From positions 1 through 30,359 of IMG/VR virus record IMGVR_UViG_3300025030_000335: a DNA stretch of 30,359 nucleotides, one strand, 5' to 3'. The stretch comes from a virus. Its lineage: Duplodnaviria > Caudoviricetes. The translations under genes and the position numbers were made by a program. Shown here in pieces: positions 17,629 to 28,700 of this stretch. How positions within the stretch are numbered: the first letter of the stretch is position 1; every line of letters starts with the position of its first letter. The notes beneath the pieces are model-generated. The model made no database searches and was not told the origin of the DNA. It was given only the letters and a program-made list of their open reading frames with translations.

Positions 17629-19254
17629 ATGGGCATGCGAGATGGTAATTGGGTGAAGGATGGGCTGGACAGCTATCTGGCGGTGACCGGTGAGCGACGT
17701 GCGGAACGGAAGGCGGATGCTGATCTGGAGCAGCAGCAGCATACCCGTGATCTGCAGGACAAGCAGATGGGTATGGCGGTGAAGTCTGCCGATCTATCCA
17801 ACCAGGTGCAGGAACTGGCCATTGGCGAGGGTAAGCGCAAGGTGGATGACCGCACGCGGTTTCAGTCTGAACTGCGGGATCGTATCACCATGATGACGGC
17901 TGCAGACCCTTCCATCCCTAATACGCTGGATGCAGCGCAGATGGCGGCGTCACGACAGGAGGCGAATGATTTGGCCACCACGGCAACCTTGTTGAATGAG
18001 ATGCCGGCGGGCGCTGCGGAGTTAAAGCTGGAAACTTTGCCGAAAGCCGCCCAGACGGTGCTGATGGAAGGGCCGGGCAAGGCGGCGCTGCGGCGCAAGG
18101 GTGCTGTTCACCGGGATCCATCGGGTGCGGAATATACGATTACGGGGCAGCTCGGACCGGTGCGGGTGGTCAAGGAGGAAGGCAAGCCGACGCTGGTGAT
18201 ACCGACCATGCTGGCGGCCCGGGGTGACGGGACCATGATCGAGGTGCCTTATACCGAAAACAAGAGCAATGATCCAAATGATCCGGTGAAGTACGTTACG
18301 CCGGAGATGCTGATGAACCGTGCCGGGCTGCAATTTGCTTCACTGGATCAGGCGGAGAAGAACGGGATTTCGCCGGCCGTGGCAAAGGCTGAAAACATCT
18401 ATCGCATGGTGTTGACGCTCCCCTATGAGGAACAGGTTGCCTGGATGAAGGCGGAGATAAGCAGGGAGGTAGGGCGTCGGGATAAGTATGTTTCTAATGC
18501 GGAGTTGGCTGCGGCGGCAAAGCCGTTTGAGGAGAAGCTGGGGGCACTGAAAGGGACTCCCGAGGAAAAGCGCACAGCTGCTGCGGCGCTCACGGTGGGT
18601 GCGCCGCCCGAGGTAGTGGATCATCTGTTGAAAACGTCCAAAGTTTTTCACGATATGTTTCCGGATGTGAAGAGTACCAAAACCAAGATTGAAGAGGGTG
18701 CAGGCGCCGGGCAGGTTCGTGAGGTGCTGGTGGATGACAAGGGCGCCCGGGTGTTTGAAGGTAAGCCGTATGCCAAGCATGCGCCGAAGAGTGGCGGAGG
18801 CGACTCCACTAAGCTGGACACTCAGACACAGAAGGATATGTACCAGAATATCAAACAGCGCCAGGCGGATTATGACAAACGCCGTGCGGAATTCAATGAG
18901 GCAATTTCTACGGAAGCCGATGAAGATAAGCCTGGTAACAAGCGGCTGGGGCAGATACTGGAACAGGATCGTCTGGCTATTCGTGAAAGCATGAGGATGT
19001 ATAACAAAAATTACGGTCAGGCGTTTGCCTTACAAGATGGTGGGGGGATGCGCCAGACGCCGGCTCCTGCTGGTGGGGTAATGCGTCAGGCACCGGCAGC
19101 AGCACCGGCGGCGGCACGAACAGCCCCGGCGCAGGTTGCCCAGCGTGGCACGGGCGCTGTTATGCCTCCTGCGGGGTACAAGCCCACGGGTAAGACTATT
19201 CAGGGTAAGCCGGCGTATGTTTCGGCTGATGGTAAGAAGGTTTGGACGCCGTAA
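17629..19254 (+). CDS. Putative ejection / internal virion protein (541 aa)
   Basis: GGGGGA SD before ATG 17629. The longer ORF-track start only overlaps the previous gene. Helical and charged. Confidence 0.7.
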   Translation: MGMRDGNWVKDGLDSYLAVTGERRAERKADADLEQQQHTRDLQDKQMGMAVKSADLSNQVQELAIGEGKRKVDDRTRFQSELRDRITMMTAADPSIPNTLDAAQMAASRQEANDLATTATLLNEMPAGAAELKLETLPKAAQTVLMEGPGKAALRRKGAVHRDPSGAEYTITGQLGPVRVVKEEGKPTLVIPTMLAARGDGTMIEVPYTENKSNDPNDPVKYVTPEMLMNRAGLQFASLDQAEKNGISPAVAKAENIYRMVLTLPYEEQVAWMKAEISREVGRRDKYVSNAELAAAAKPFEEKLGALKGTPEEKRTAAAALTVGAPPEVVDHLLKTSKVFHDMFPDVKSTKTKIEEGAGAGQVREVLVDDKGARVFEGKPYAKHAPKSGGGDSTKLDTQTQKDMYQNIKQRQADYDKRRAEFNEAISTEADEDKPGNKRLGQILEQDRLAIRESMRMYNKNYGQAFALQDGGGMRQTPAPAGGVMRQAPAAAPAAARTAPAQVAQRGTGAVMPPAGYKPTGKTIQGKPAYVSADGKKVWTP

Positions 19255-19276
19255 CGGTTATTTTCGGAGAGGCTCA

Positions 19277-19738
19277 ATGACAGTAACTACATGGGCAACA
19301 CCACAACCATTTTTCGACATGCTAAATGAAGAGTTTAATTTCACTCTGGATGTGGCGGCACTTCCCGGTACAGCGAAATGCCCCAAGTTTTTCACCCCGG
19401 AAATTGATGGGCTTCAGCAGGATTGGTCGAACGATACATTTTTCATGAACCCCCCATATGGTAGAGGTCAGGATGTTTATTCGTGGGTTAAAAAGGCTCA
19501 CGATACGGCATTGGCAGGTGGCACTGGAGTTTGTTTGCTGCCAGTTTCAGGCGACACAAAGTGGTTTCACGACTTCTGTATGAAAGCCAGTGAAATTCGG
19601 TTTATCAAAGATCGGCTCTGGTTCACCCTGGATGGCCAGGCCGCACGAGCGAATCACGCATCAATGGTGGTGGTGTTCCGTCCGGTCCCGGGAGCCGCCC
19701 CCAAACTATCCACTATGCCAAATTGCAGGAGAAGATAG
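19277..19738 (+). CDS. dam: Phage DNA N6-adenine methyltransferase (Dam, PF05869-type)
   Basis: GGAG SD before ATG 19277. Motifs 'WATPQ.FFD.L..EFNFTLDVAA', 'DGL.QDW', 'FMNPPYGR', 'DTKWFH', 'EIRFIK.RL.F'. Confidence 0.9.
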   Translation: MTVTTWATPQPFFDMLNEEFNFTLDVAALPGTAKCPKFFTPEIDGLQQDWSNDTFFMNPPYGRGQDVYSWVKKAHDTALAGGTGVCLLPVSGDTKWFHDFCMKASEIRFIKDRLWFTLDGQAARANHASMVVVFRPVPGAAPKLSTMPNCRRR

Positions 19739-19782
19739 CAACCTGATTTGACTCAGCACTACCATAACAAGGGAAAACCTCC

Positions 19783-22700
19783 ATGCCTATATTCGATTCC
19801 AGCAAGATAGCTTTTGATAATGACCAGCAACCTGGCGGCGGATCTTTCCACGATGCCGCCGCTGTTGCGTTTGATGGTGCTGATACGCGGCTGTTTTCCA
19901 AGCCGGTCCCGGCGGCGGGTGGGATGAAGCAGGTGCTGGGTATTGCCTCCGAGTCGGACAAGGCGGCCCGGTCCGAAGCTGACTATCTATTCAAGCCGGA
20001 TACGCTGCGGAAAACCTTTGTGCCTGTTCCGGCGCTGGCTGTTTCTCAGGTGGTGCAGGGTGTGGGGGGCAAGGTCCGTCAGGTGGGTGATGTGGTTGGG
20101 TCTGAAGGTATGGCGACCTGGGGTGATGAGTTTGCCGAAATGGGCGCCGGGGTTGAAAAGACCATTCAGGAAGCTGAACCTTTGGAACAAGGATCATGGG
20201 CTAACTCCATACGTGGTGGTGCTACCAGCATGTATCAGCAGTTGCCATCAATGGTGGCGGGCGGTCCTTTGGTCAAGGCGGGTATGAAGGCTGCCGGCCT
20301 GGCGACGTCTCTCCTCCCCATGGGTGCTGTAACCGGTGGGCAATCCTATCAAAAGCTGCGGGAACGCGGTTTTGATGTGGGTGCAGCTTCTGCCGGCAGT
20401 GCGGTGGATGAGCTGATCGAGGTGGGTACCGAGCTGCTGCCGATGAATACGGCGATGAGTTTTGCGACCAGTAAGGCCAAGTTTGGTTTGAAGCAGTTGG
20501 CGGCAACGGCGATCAAATATAATGCCGGTGAGTATTTTGGCGAGGCGCTGGCGGCCATGGGCCAGGGTGTTAACGATAAGTATTTGTCTGATCCGAAACT
20601 GACGCCGGAACAGCGGCAACAGAAGGTGGATGATTATTTTAGCGTGGTCAATCCACAAACCGGCAATACGGCGGCCTGGGATGATTTCACGGAGGCCATG
20701 CGGGCAACGACGGCGCAGAACGTGATGATGATGGGGCTGGGTGGCGCTGCCAATCGGGTTTCCCGCTCGTCTCAATCATCGGGTATGGCGCCGGAGCCTC
20801 CTGCTTCTGTTGCAGGTGCTCCCCAGGATGGTCAGGCCGTGCCGGTGCTGCATGAGTCCTTTGATGATATCGAAGATATGCCCGCTCCATCCGGTCCGTT
20901 GCAAAGGGCGGCTGGACAGGCGCCGGTGGTTGCGGCTACCCCTGTTGTGCCTGCTGCCTCCCCGGCACCGGCTGTTGATGCTCCTCCTGTTGTGGCTGCT
21001 GTTGGTGATGTTTCCGGCCGGGTAGCGACCAAGGAGGATGTTGACGAGCTACCCCAGGCCCGTGAATGGGCGGCACGGCAGATGGATGGCGGCAATAAGA
21101 GTCTCTGGCTGCAGGATGGCGAGTCGCAACGGGATTATTCGTGGCGGATTCTGGATCCCTACCGTGAGATGAATAAGCCGCGAAGTTTTGAGGATTCGGC
21201 GGTTGCTGTTGCTGAACCTTCTGAGCTGGATCGGGCTGTTCAGCACAATCAGGAGTTATGGCAATCGGGCCAGCGTGGCCTGATGCAGAATACCGGCACA
21301 AGCCCTGCCCAGTTTGAGAGCAGCTTGTTGCGACAGTACCGTGTTGCGATGGAGAAACAGAATGGCGCTAACGATCAAGTGCCCGCACTGCGAGGGGCGG
21401 CCGAAATGGATGGGCAGGGAATGGCAGTGCCCGAAGTGCAAGGCCCGGCTATCGGAGCAGGAAGTGATAATACTCAACCCGAAGGAGGAGGATTAACTAA
21501 TGGTCTGTCTGCACTAACTGATCAAGCCGGCAGTGCGCCTAACCCCAAGGAAGGTCAGGCCGTTGTTTCTAAGGAAGGTTTTAACGGTGACGTGGCTATA
21601 CCCAAAACAGGCAGCAATAGCCTTGAGGGAAAGGCCGCTGCGAATTTTAGAGACAACCTCGTCGAGAACAAGGGGCTGGTGGTTGCGGGTGGTGTCGGCA
21701 AACTTGGGGAGTCCTCTGACGCTGTTAAGAGTGAGCCCCTTTTTGCGAAAAGCTCCAGCCAAAGTGTTAACAGAGACGCCCAATTGGTTGGCGACATCCT
21801 TGGTCGAGACACCTTCAACAAGCAAGGATTTCGCAGTCTCGATGCTAAAACTCAATTGGGTGTGGTATCCGCCATGAGCAGACTTGTTCATGACCCTCAA
21901 ATTCTCGACTCTGTTATCAAGCTTGTCCCCGTTAATATGGTGGACGTCCTCGCTTCTCGTCAGCTTACGCCCAAGATGCTTTTCCATGACCCATCGATGC
22001 TCAAAGATGCTCTTTCCGGCAACAGTAACTCGCCTGTATCCATAGATAGTGAGACAGCCGATTCTCTGGTGAGAGGCACGGCAGCTATTGCTGCAAAACA
22101 CTTTCCCGGACTTGGAGACTTTCAATTGGGCGGGGGTCCGGTTGAGGATGGTTCCACATTCAGTGCAATAACAGATCATAACTTAACCCCTGAAGATATA
22201 ATTGCCCCTAATATACATGCAAAAGCTGGTGTAAATCAACCTAAAGAAGGGGTGTTAGATAAGGATATCACCAATAAGGACGCTCCCAAGGTTATCGCCA
22301 TTACCAGTCCCAAGCCCCCGGCCACCAGTCCCCGCCGTCTGGATTCTTCCACGGATAGCCTGATTGTGGCGGTGGCCAAATTGGGTGGGATCAGCCGTGA
22401 TCAGATTGATAAGCAGATGGGGAACGGCAAGGAGCTGGCCCGCACGCTGAATACTTTGGCCGGGAAAGAGGCTAAGACGTTTCTGCATGTGATCAGCACC
22501 AAGGGAATGCCCTTGGACCGGATGCGCGAGGCGCTGGTGGAACAGGGATACCTGAAGGAAGGTTCCAGCGTCAATGATCTGCTGGATCGTCTGGATGCTG
22601 CACAGCGTGGCACGTCCAGTTATTCCACGGCCAACAGTGGGGCGGCTGCCGACAAGGCTTATGATGCGGAGCTGGAACGTCTGCAGGATATGATGGAGGA

Positions 22701-25700
22701 TATGACCGAGGCGGAGCTGGCCGAGTTCACCCGCAATCAGTGGCTGGAAGAGCAGGCCGGGCTGCTGGCGGAAGCGTCGGATCTGCTGGATGAATACCTG
22801 GATGGGCTGAATCAGGAGGATATGACGGCTGCCGATTGGCAGGCGGTGGAAAACGACCTTAAGGAGGCATTGGATGCAACCGAGTTCAGAACCGAAGGCG
22901 ACAGTACAGCGGATCAAGGAAAAGTGTCAGAAGATGCCACCGGCGCAGAGGAAGGTGTTTCTGCAGTCGGTGAAGGCGATGGTGACGGCGAAGGTAAGGC
23001 AGAGGTTGGAGGCGGCAAAGGCCGGGACCAGGGACCGGGGACCGGTAAGGACGGCAAACAGTTAAGTGAAGGAACTGGCACCAAGACGACGACAGACACT
23101 CTTGACGTTGCCGGTGCGAATGACACAGCTAGCCGCACCACCAGCCCTTCTCTTGATGATACTGAACCGCTTTCGAAGAACGCCGGGCCCAGCGTCTTAT
23201 CTGGTGAAAACCAGACCCCCTTAATCCCTGGGGCTAAAACGGCTCTTGATGATTCTAGTATTGCCCATGACGGTAAAAATGTCAAACAGGAAACACCGGC
23301 AGCGAGGTTTGAGGCAGGGGGCACAATCGTTCCTGATCTGATAGGCGAGAAGATAGGCGGGGCACGTAAAGATCTTGCCACCAGTACCGGCACAGTTGCC
23401 AAGAAGAAACCGAAGTCGGATCTTCCCGCCTGGAAGCGGCGATATGTGGTGATGGAGGATGTAAAAACAGGGCAGAGCCGCATTGTCGATACCACCACGA
23501 ACAGAAACCTTATCAGAAGATTGTTTACCACGGCAGAAGAGGCGGAAGAAGCATTGCCGCTGGCCGTGGTTGCACTTAAGCACAAGGTGCGCATGGACAC
23601 CGGGGGCACGTACAAGATAACCCGCGAGGTGACAGAGCGGAAGCGTGTGACCATTAAGGACGGGTTCCCTACCGAGGAAGCCGCCATGAAATACATGGTT
23701 CAACATGCAGAAGAGATCATAGAGCAGAGTACATACTTTGGCGCCGAGATCCTTGCGCGGCCGGAAAAGGTTGTCAGGAGTGGTGCAGAGCGCCGGAGCG
23801 GCAATGCCACCGGTCAAGCATTCATGGACGCTTTCGGTTTCAGGTCCGCAGAGTTCGGGAACTGGAACAATGCAGAAGAACGGCAAGAGATTTTGAACCA
23901 TGCCTATGATGGCCTGGTGGACCTTGCTGAAGTCCTCAACATCCCTCCCAAGGCGCTCAGTCTCAACGGTGAGCTTGCCATTGCCTTTGGTGCGCGTGGC
24001 CAGGGTCTGTCAGGAGCAGCCGCACATTACGAACCTGCGTATGCTGTCATCAATCTCACTAAAATGAGCGGCGCCGGGAATCTTGCCCATGAATGGTTTC
24101 ATGCGGTAGATAATTATCTTTCCCGTCAGGATGGTTCCGCTAAGTCGGAAAAGGTGAAAAACAAGCGTGGTGACATGGTGTACCCTGCGACCGGCAAAGA
24201 TATGGCCAGCCTGGGGTTTTCTACTAGAGGTTCAGGTGTGCGCGAAGAGGTGAGAGACGCGTTCAAGAGCCTGCTGGAGTCCATGTTTTACAAGGCCGAG
24301 CAATACGTCGAGGACACGGAAAAGGCCGAGAAGTTTGTTGGGAGCGCACTGCGTAATGTCGAAAGCAGGTTGGCAGATATTCGCCGGCACATTGCCCGTG
24401 ACCGTGAATATGGGGCAAAGAAAAAGGCCGCAACCGCAGAACAGCTTGCACGTTTTGATGAACTGGCAGCCAAGTTGGCCAGTACGCAAAGCGAACCGAT
24501 AGAGTGGAAAATGGGCATTGGTGTGAAGGAAGGGGCCAAGGCAAAAGACCGGGGAGCATTCGGGCAGTCCCGGTGGACAAACGACACAATCGAGAGCATC
24601 AGCACGATAATGAAAGAGGTCACAGGAAGGAGCGGTTTCAGTAAGGAGGGTAAAGATACCCTCAATTACCTGGCCAGCGTTGTGCGCGATCTTCAACGGC
24701 GGCATTCCATGCTGGAGGGGGCCAGAAATCAGGATGTAAAGACCAAGAAGATACCCACCAGCTACCGGCAAGAGGCGTACAAGATTGATCAGGGGCGGAC
24801 CAGTGATTACTGGACCAAAGAAGAGGAAATGGCAGCACGTGCATTTTCTGCCTACATCGAGGACAAGATAGGCGCAGAGGGCAATACCAGTGATTTTCTG
24901 TCATTCGGTTCGGACAACAAGTATTACCGGCTCTACAACATCATGCCATTCCCTGAAGGGAAAGAGCGTGAAGCGATCAACAAACAGTTTGACAACTTCT
25001 TTTCCACCCTGAAAACCAAGGAGACGGACAAGGGTGTGGCCATGTTTTCCCTCGCCCAGTCGGACAAACCCTCAATCCTGCCGGATGTGGAATTCGATGC
25101 GGTCCTTGATCGGATCACCGGTGGGCGGGTTAAAGACACGCACGCTTTCGTGGTGGCTCGCACGGGTTTTGATCTTCCGGCGCCGATACTGGCAGTACTT
25201 AAAAAGCAGGGCACCCGCCCCAATCAGGTAGATGGCGTATTCCATAATGGCAAGGTGTATCTCATCCGCGAGAACATTGCAAGCAAGGAACGTCTGGAGG
25301 AGCTGCTGTTTCATGAATGGCACGGCCATGCCGGCTTGTATGCGATGTTTGATAATGATGGCAAGCGGCTTTGGGATGGCATGCTGAAATTATACCATAC
25401 CATTACCCCTGCGGTGCTGAACAAGGTGGGCGCCAAGTACGGCATTAACCTGATGCGCTACAGCCATGGCATGGCGAAGGCCGGGTATTCGACGGATGAA
25501 ATCCGGGTGGTGCTGATGGAGGAGATGCTGGCGCACCTGACCAATGAATACAGCCGGGGGGATATTGCCACCAAGATCAGGGAGATGATTGGAAAGATCC
25601 GGGCCTGGCTGCGTGACAATGGTTATGCTTCTCTGGCTTCATGGGGTGAGACGGATATCGCCTTTCTGTTGAAACGTGCCCGGATCTATGCGGAGTCGGG

Positions 25701-28700
25701 TGTTTGGGCCAAGAATAGTGACACAACGGTTATCCCCAGTGGTGCCGAGATCCTGAAGGTGCTGCGTGAAAAGGGGATCAGTGATGAGATGCTGCAGAAG
25801 CTGCTGAACGCTTCTCCGAAGTTTATGACGGCATGGCATGGTTCGCCACACGACCACAACAAATTCAGTAACGATCATATCGGGACAGGTGAAGGGGCGC
25901 AGGTGTATGGGTATGGGTTGTATTTTGCGGGAAATCGGGAAGTGGCGGAATTTTATCGTTCCAAGTTAACGGGTGGAGACAAGTTTTCATCAATCACTAT
26001 AAATGGAGAACCTGCCGGATATTACAGTAAAGACCTTGTGGCAACAAAAGCTATTAATGCAATCATTGACAATAATGGTGATGTTGATGCCGCATTGAAA
26101 AACCTGCTGGAGAGAGTAAAGGAATCGCCATTTAAATCTCTGCGCAATAACGCCGAAGCGGCAGTAAAGTTTATACGGCAGAACAAAATTGAAGTTGGCA
26201 AAAAAGGTAAGCTGTATCAGGTGGAACTCGCGCCGTCTGAGGATGAGTATCTGTTGTGGGATAAGCCTTTGTCAGAACAAAGTGAGAAGGTTCGTGAGGT
26301 GTTGGAAACGGTTATGCCATTGTCTGATGCCGGGATTCGTGAATGGTATATCAATTACGAGATCAACAATCCTAACGCATGGGAGTTACATCGGGAATAT
26401 TATGAAGACGCTCCTGCGTTTGATGCTCCGAACACAGTTAAACGATCATGGCTGGAAGAAAGCAAAGCAGATTGGATAAGTGAAGCGGTTTCTGATTATA
26501 AACAGATGCATGGTGATGACCGCAAATCTTCCGGGCGGGAGTTTTATTTTCGTCAGAGTTCATTAAAGGGTTCTGACAAAGCCGCTTCCGAATACCTTCA
26601 CTCCCTCGGTATCCGTGGCATCAAGTATCTTGACGGCAACAGCCGCAACAGATCAATCAAGGATATCAAAAAAGCCTTCCTTGCTGAATTGGAAGAGGAT
26701 GCCGGGTTTGATGATGTAATGGAGCTGGTGGGTACCGGCAAGTTCAGTGCAGAGCAAGAGGCGGTACTGAAGGCACTTGAATCTGATGATTGGCTTGGTT
26801 TTGATTATCCCGCCCAGGCTATCAGTGCCGCACTTGGTAATAACCTGAGTGATTTCGACCCAAGTTCAAAGCTGGTTGATGCGGTGGCCCAGCTTGCCAA
26901 GGATCAGCAGTTTAACTATGTGATTTTCAATGACGAGGATGTGAGTATTCAGGCGAAGTTTTCCATCCGCGAGGATCAGCCTTCCGTTACAGAAACAGAG
27001 GCTTTCAAGAAGTGGTTTGGAAAGAGTAAGGTGGTGGACGATCAGGGTAAGCCGCTGGTGGTTTATCATGGGACGAGAGCGGATATCAAAGTTTTCAATA
27101 TGGGGGACGAGGGAGGAACCTTTTTTACTACATCACCTGAAAATGCCAGTGAATATGCCGGGGGATGGGGAGAAATCGGCCAAACTGAAGGTGGCAATGT
27201 CATGCCAGTGTACCTCTCAATCAAGAACCCTTATGTGGTTACAGTTAAGCAATGGAATATGGCTGAAGGTCTAGATCCCGAAGATGCAAAGGCTGAAGGT
27301 TATGACGGGTATGTTATTGAGGAGCAAGAGGGTGGTGATACATGGATTGCATTTGAGCCAAGCCAGATCAAGTCCGCTACCGGCAACAACGGCGACTTCG
27401 ACGGCAACAATCCTGACATCCGCTTTTCCATCCGTGAGGATACACAAAAGGTTTCCACGGTTTCGACGGTGGATAAGATCAAGCAGTTCCTCAATCCCCT
27501 GGATTATTCCCGCTTCAAGGATTCGGCTGTTGATCATCTGCCCAATGATGCCACCATGTGGCTGGCGGATAATATCGGCAATCCTTATTGGGTGAAGGAA
27601 AACAACCCGGCAGCGGCGCCCTTTTATGAAGAGGCCAAGGACCGGGAAGTTACCAAGCTGGATAACAATATCCGCATGTTTGGCGGGCTGGTGGATAATG
27701 ACGGCAAGCGCACGGCCTGGGACAAGATCAAGGATCTGGGGCAGTGGAGCGAGCATACGACCGCCTGGGGCAAACTGCGCAAGGAGAAGTATGACAAGCT
27801 GACCGACAAGCAGAAGGCTGCCTATACTATGCTCCGCTTTGAGGGTGACGCGTACAACAAGACCTATGAAACCCTGTCCAATGCCCTGCGCAATCCGCGT
27901 ATCAAGAAGGCCGGTGTGGATGCGGCGGTGTTTGACTTCTACCGTGAGGCGCTGGCGGCTGAGGAAGCTTCGTTTGAGGAAAAGCTGCAGATTGCTGCGG
28001 AGAATATGGCCGAGGCGGGCATTGATCCGGAGAAGATCAAGGGGCATATTGCCGAGTATCGTGCCCGCTATGCCGACCTAAAAGGCTGGGTGCATCGGGA
28101 CCATGGCGAGGGTGATCATGTGGTACAGGTCTACCATACCATTGACCGCCTTGATTTTGTTATGGATGAGGTGCAGCACAAGGGTGCGGCTTCCGACCGG
28201 ATCCGGTTGGCGTATTCTCCGGGGGTGGAGATTTCCCGGGCGATCGAGAAGATTACCAGCGAGTTGGGCGGGACATTCAAGCAGTTGAGGGATGGCGGCA
28301 TGGTGATCCTGCTGCAAAAGGGGCAAGGCGAGTTTGCCCGGGAACGTTTCGACCGGCTGAAGCTGACCAACAAAGATGGCAAGCACAAGTATCAGGTGCT
28401 GGTGTACACCCGTTTCGTGGCCAATGCTGCCCAGGCCCGCAAACTGGCGGCCGAGGTGAAGGCGAATCCATCTGCGGCTATGCCGCGTAACTATTACGAG
28501 GGGCACAGCTATGCTACCTCCTGGAATTTCTCCAATAAGCTGCAGGAGGCGGATTTTCAGGAGCTGCGCACCAGTGACATGAAGATGGAGCTGGTGTTGA
28601 GTCAGGCGGTTAACAAGGCTGCCTCCAAGGAAGGGCTGGATGAGTCGGCGGTTAAGGCAATCCAAGAGGCACTGGTGCAGAATGTGGCGGAGGCGCTGTT

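Noticed and set aside
21031-21172. Another nested +1-frame ORF after AAGGAGG
   Set aside because: The ATG directly abuts the SD and the peptide has no motif; likely chance from Lys-Glu-Asp codons.
21500-22260. Intein or group I intron carrying the HNH
   Set aside because: The endonuclease is antisense to the host gene. I could not identify a Cys/Ser-start ... His-Asn-Cys/Ser/Thr intein boundary (the HN near 22177 is followed by Leu) or group I core elements.
23164-23245. tRNA gene (cloverleaf-like fold of tRNA size on the minus strand)
   Set aside because: No canonical T-loop (GTTCRA in a 5-bp arm), no 7-nt anticodon loop and no CCA; kept only as a generic structured RNA.
22914-23901. Long minus-strand ORFs (260 aa and 226 aa)
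   Set aside because: No recognisable motifs or SD; they read as antisense shadows of the giant frame.
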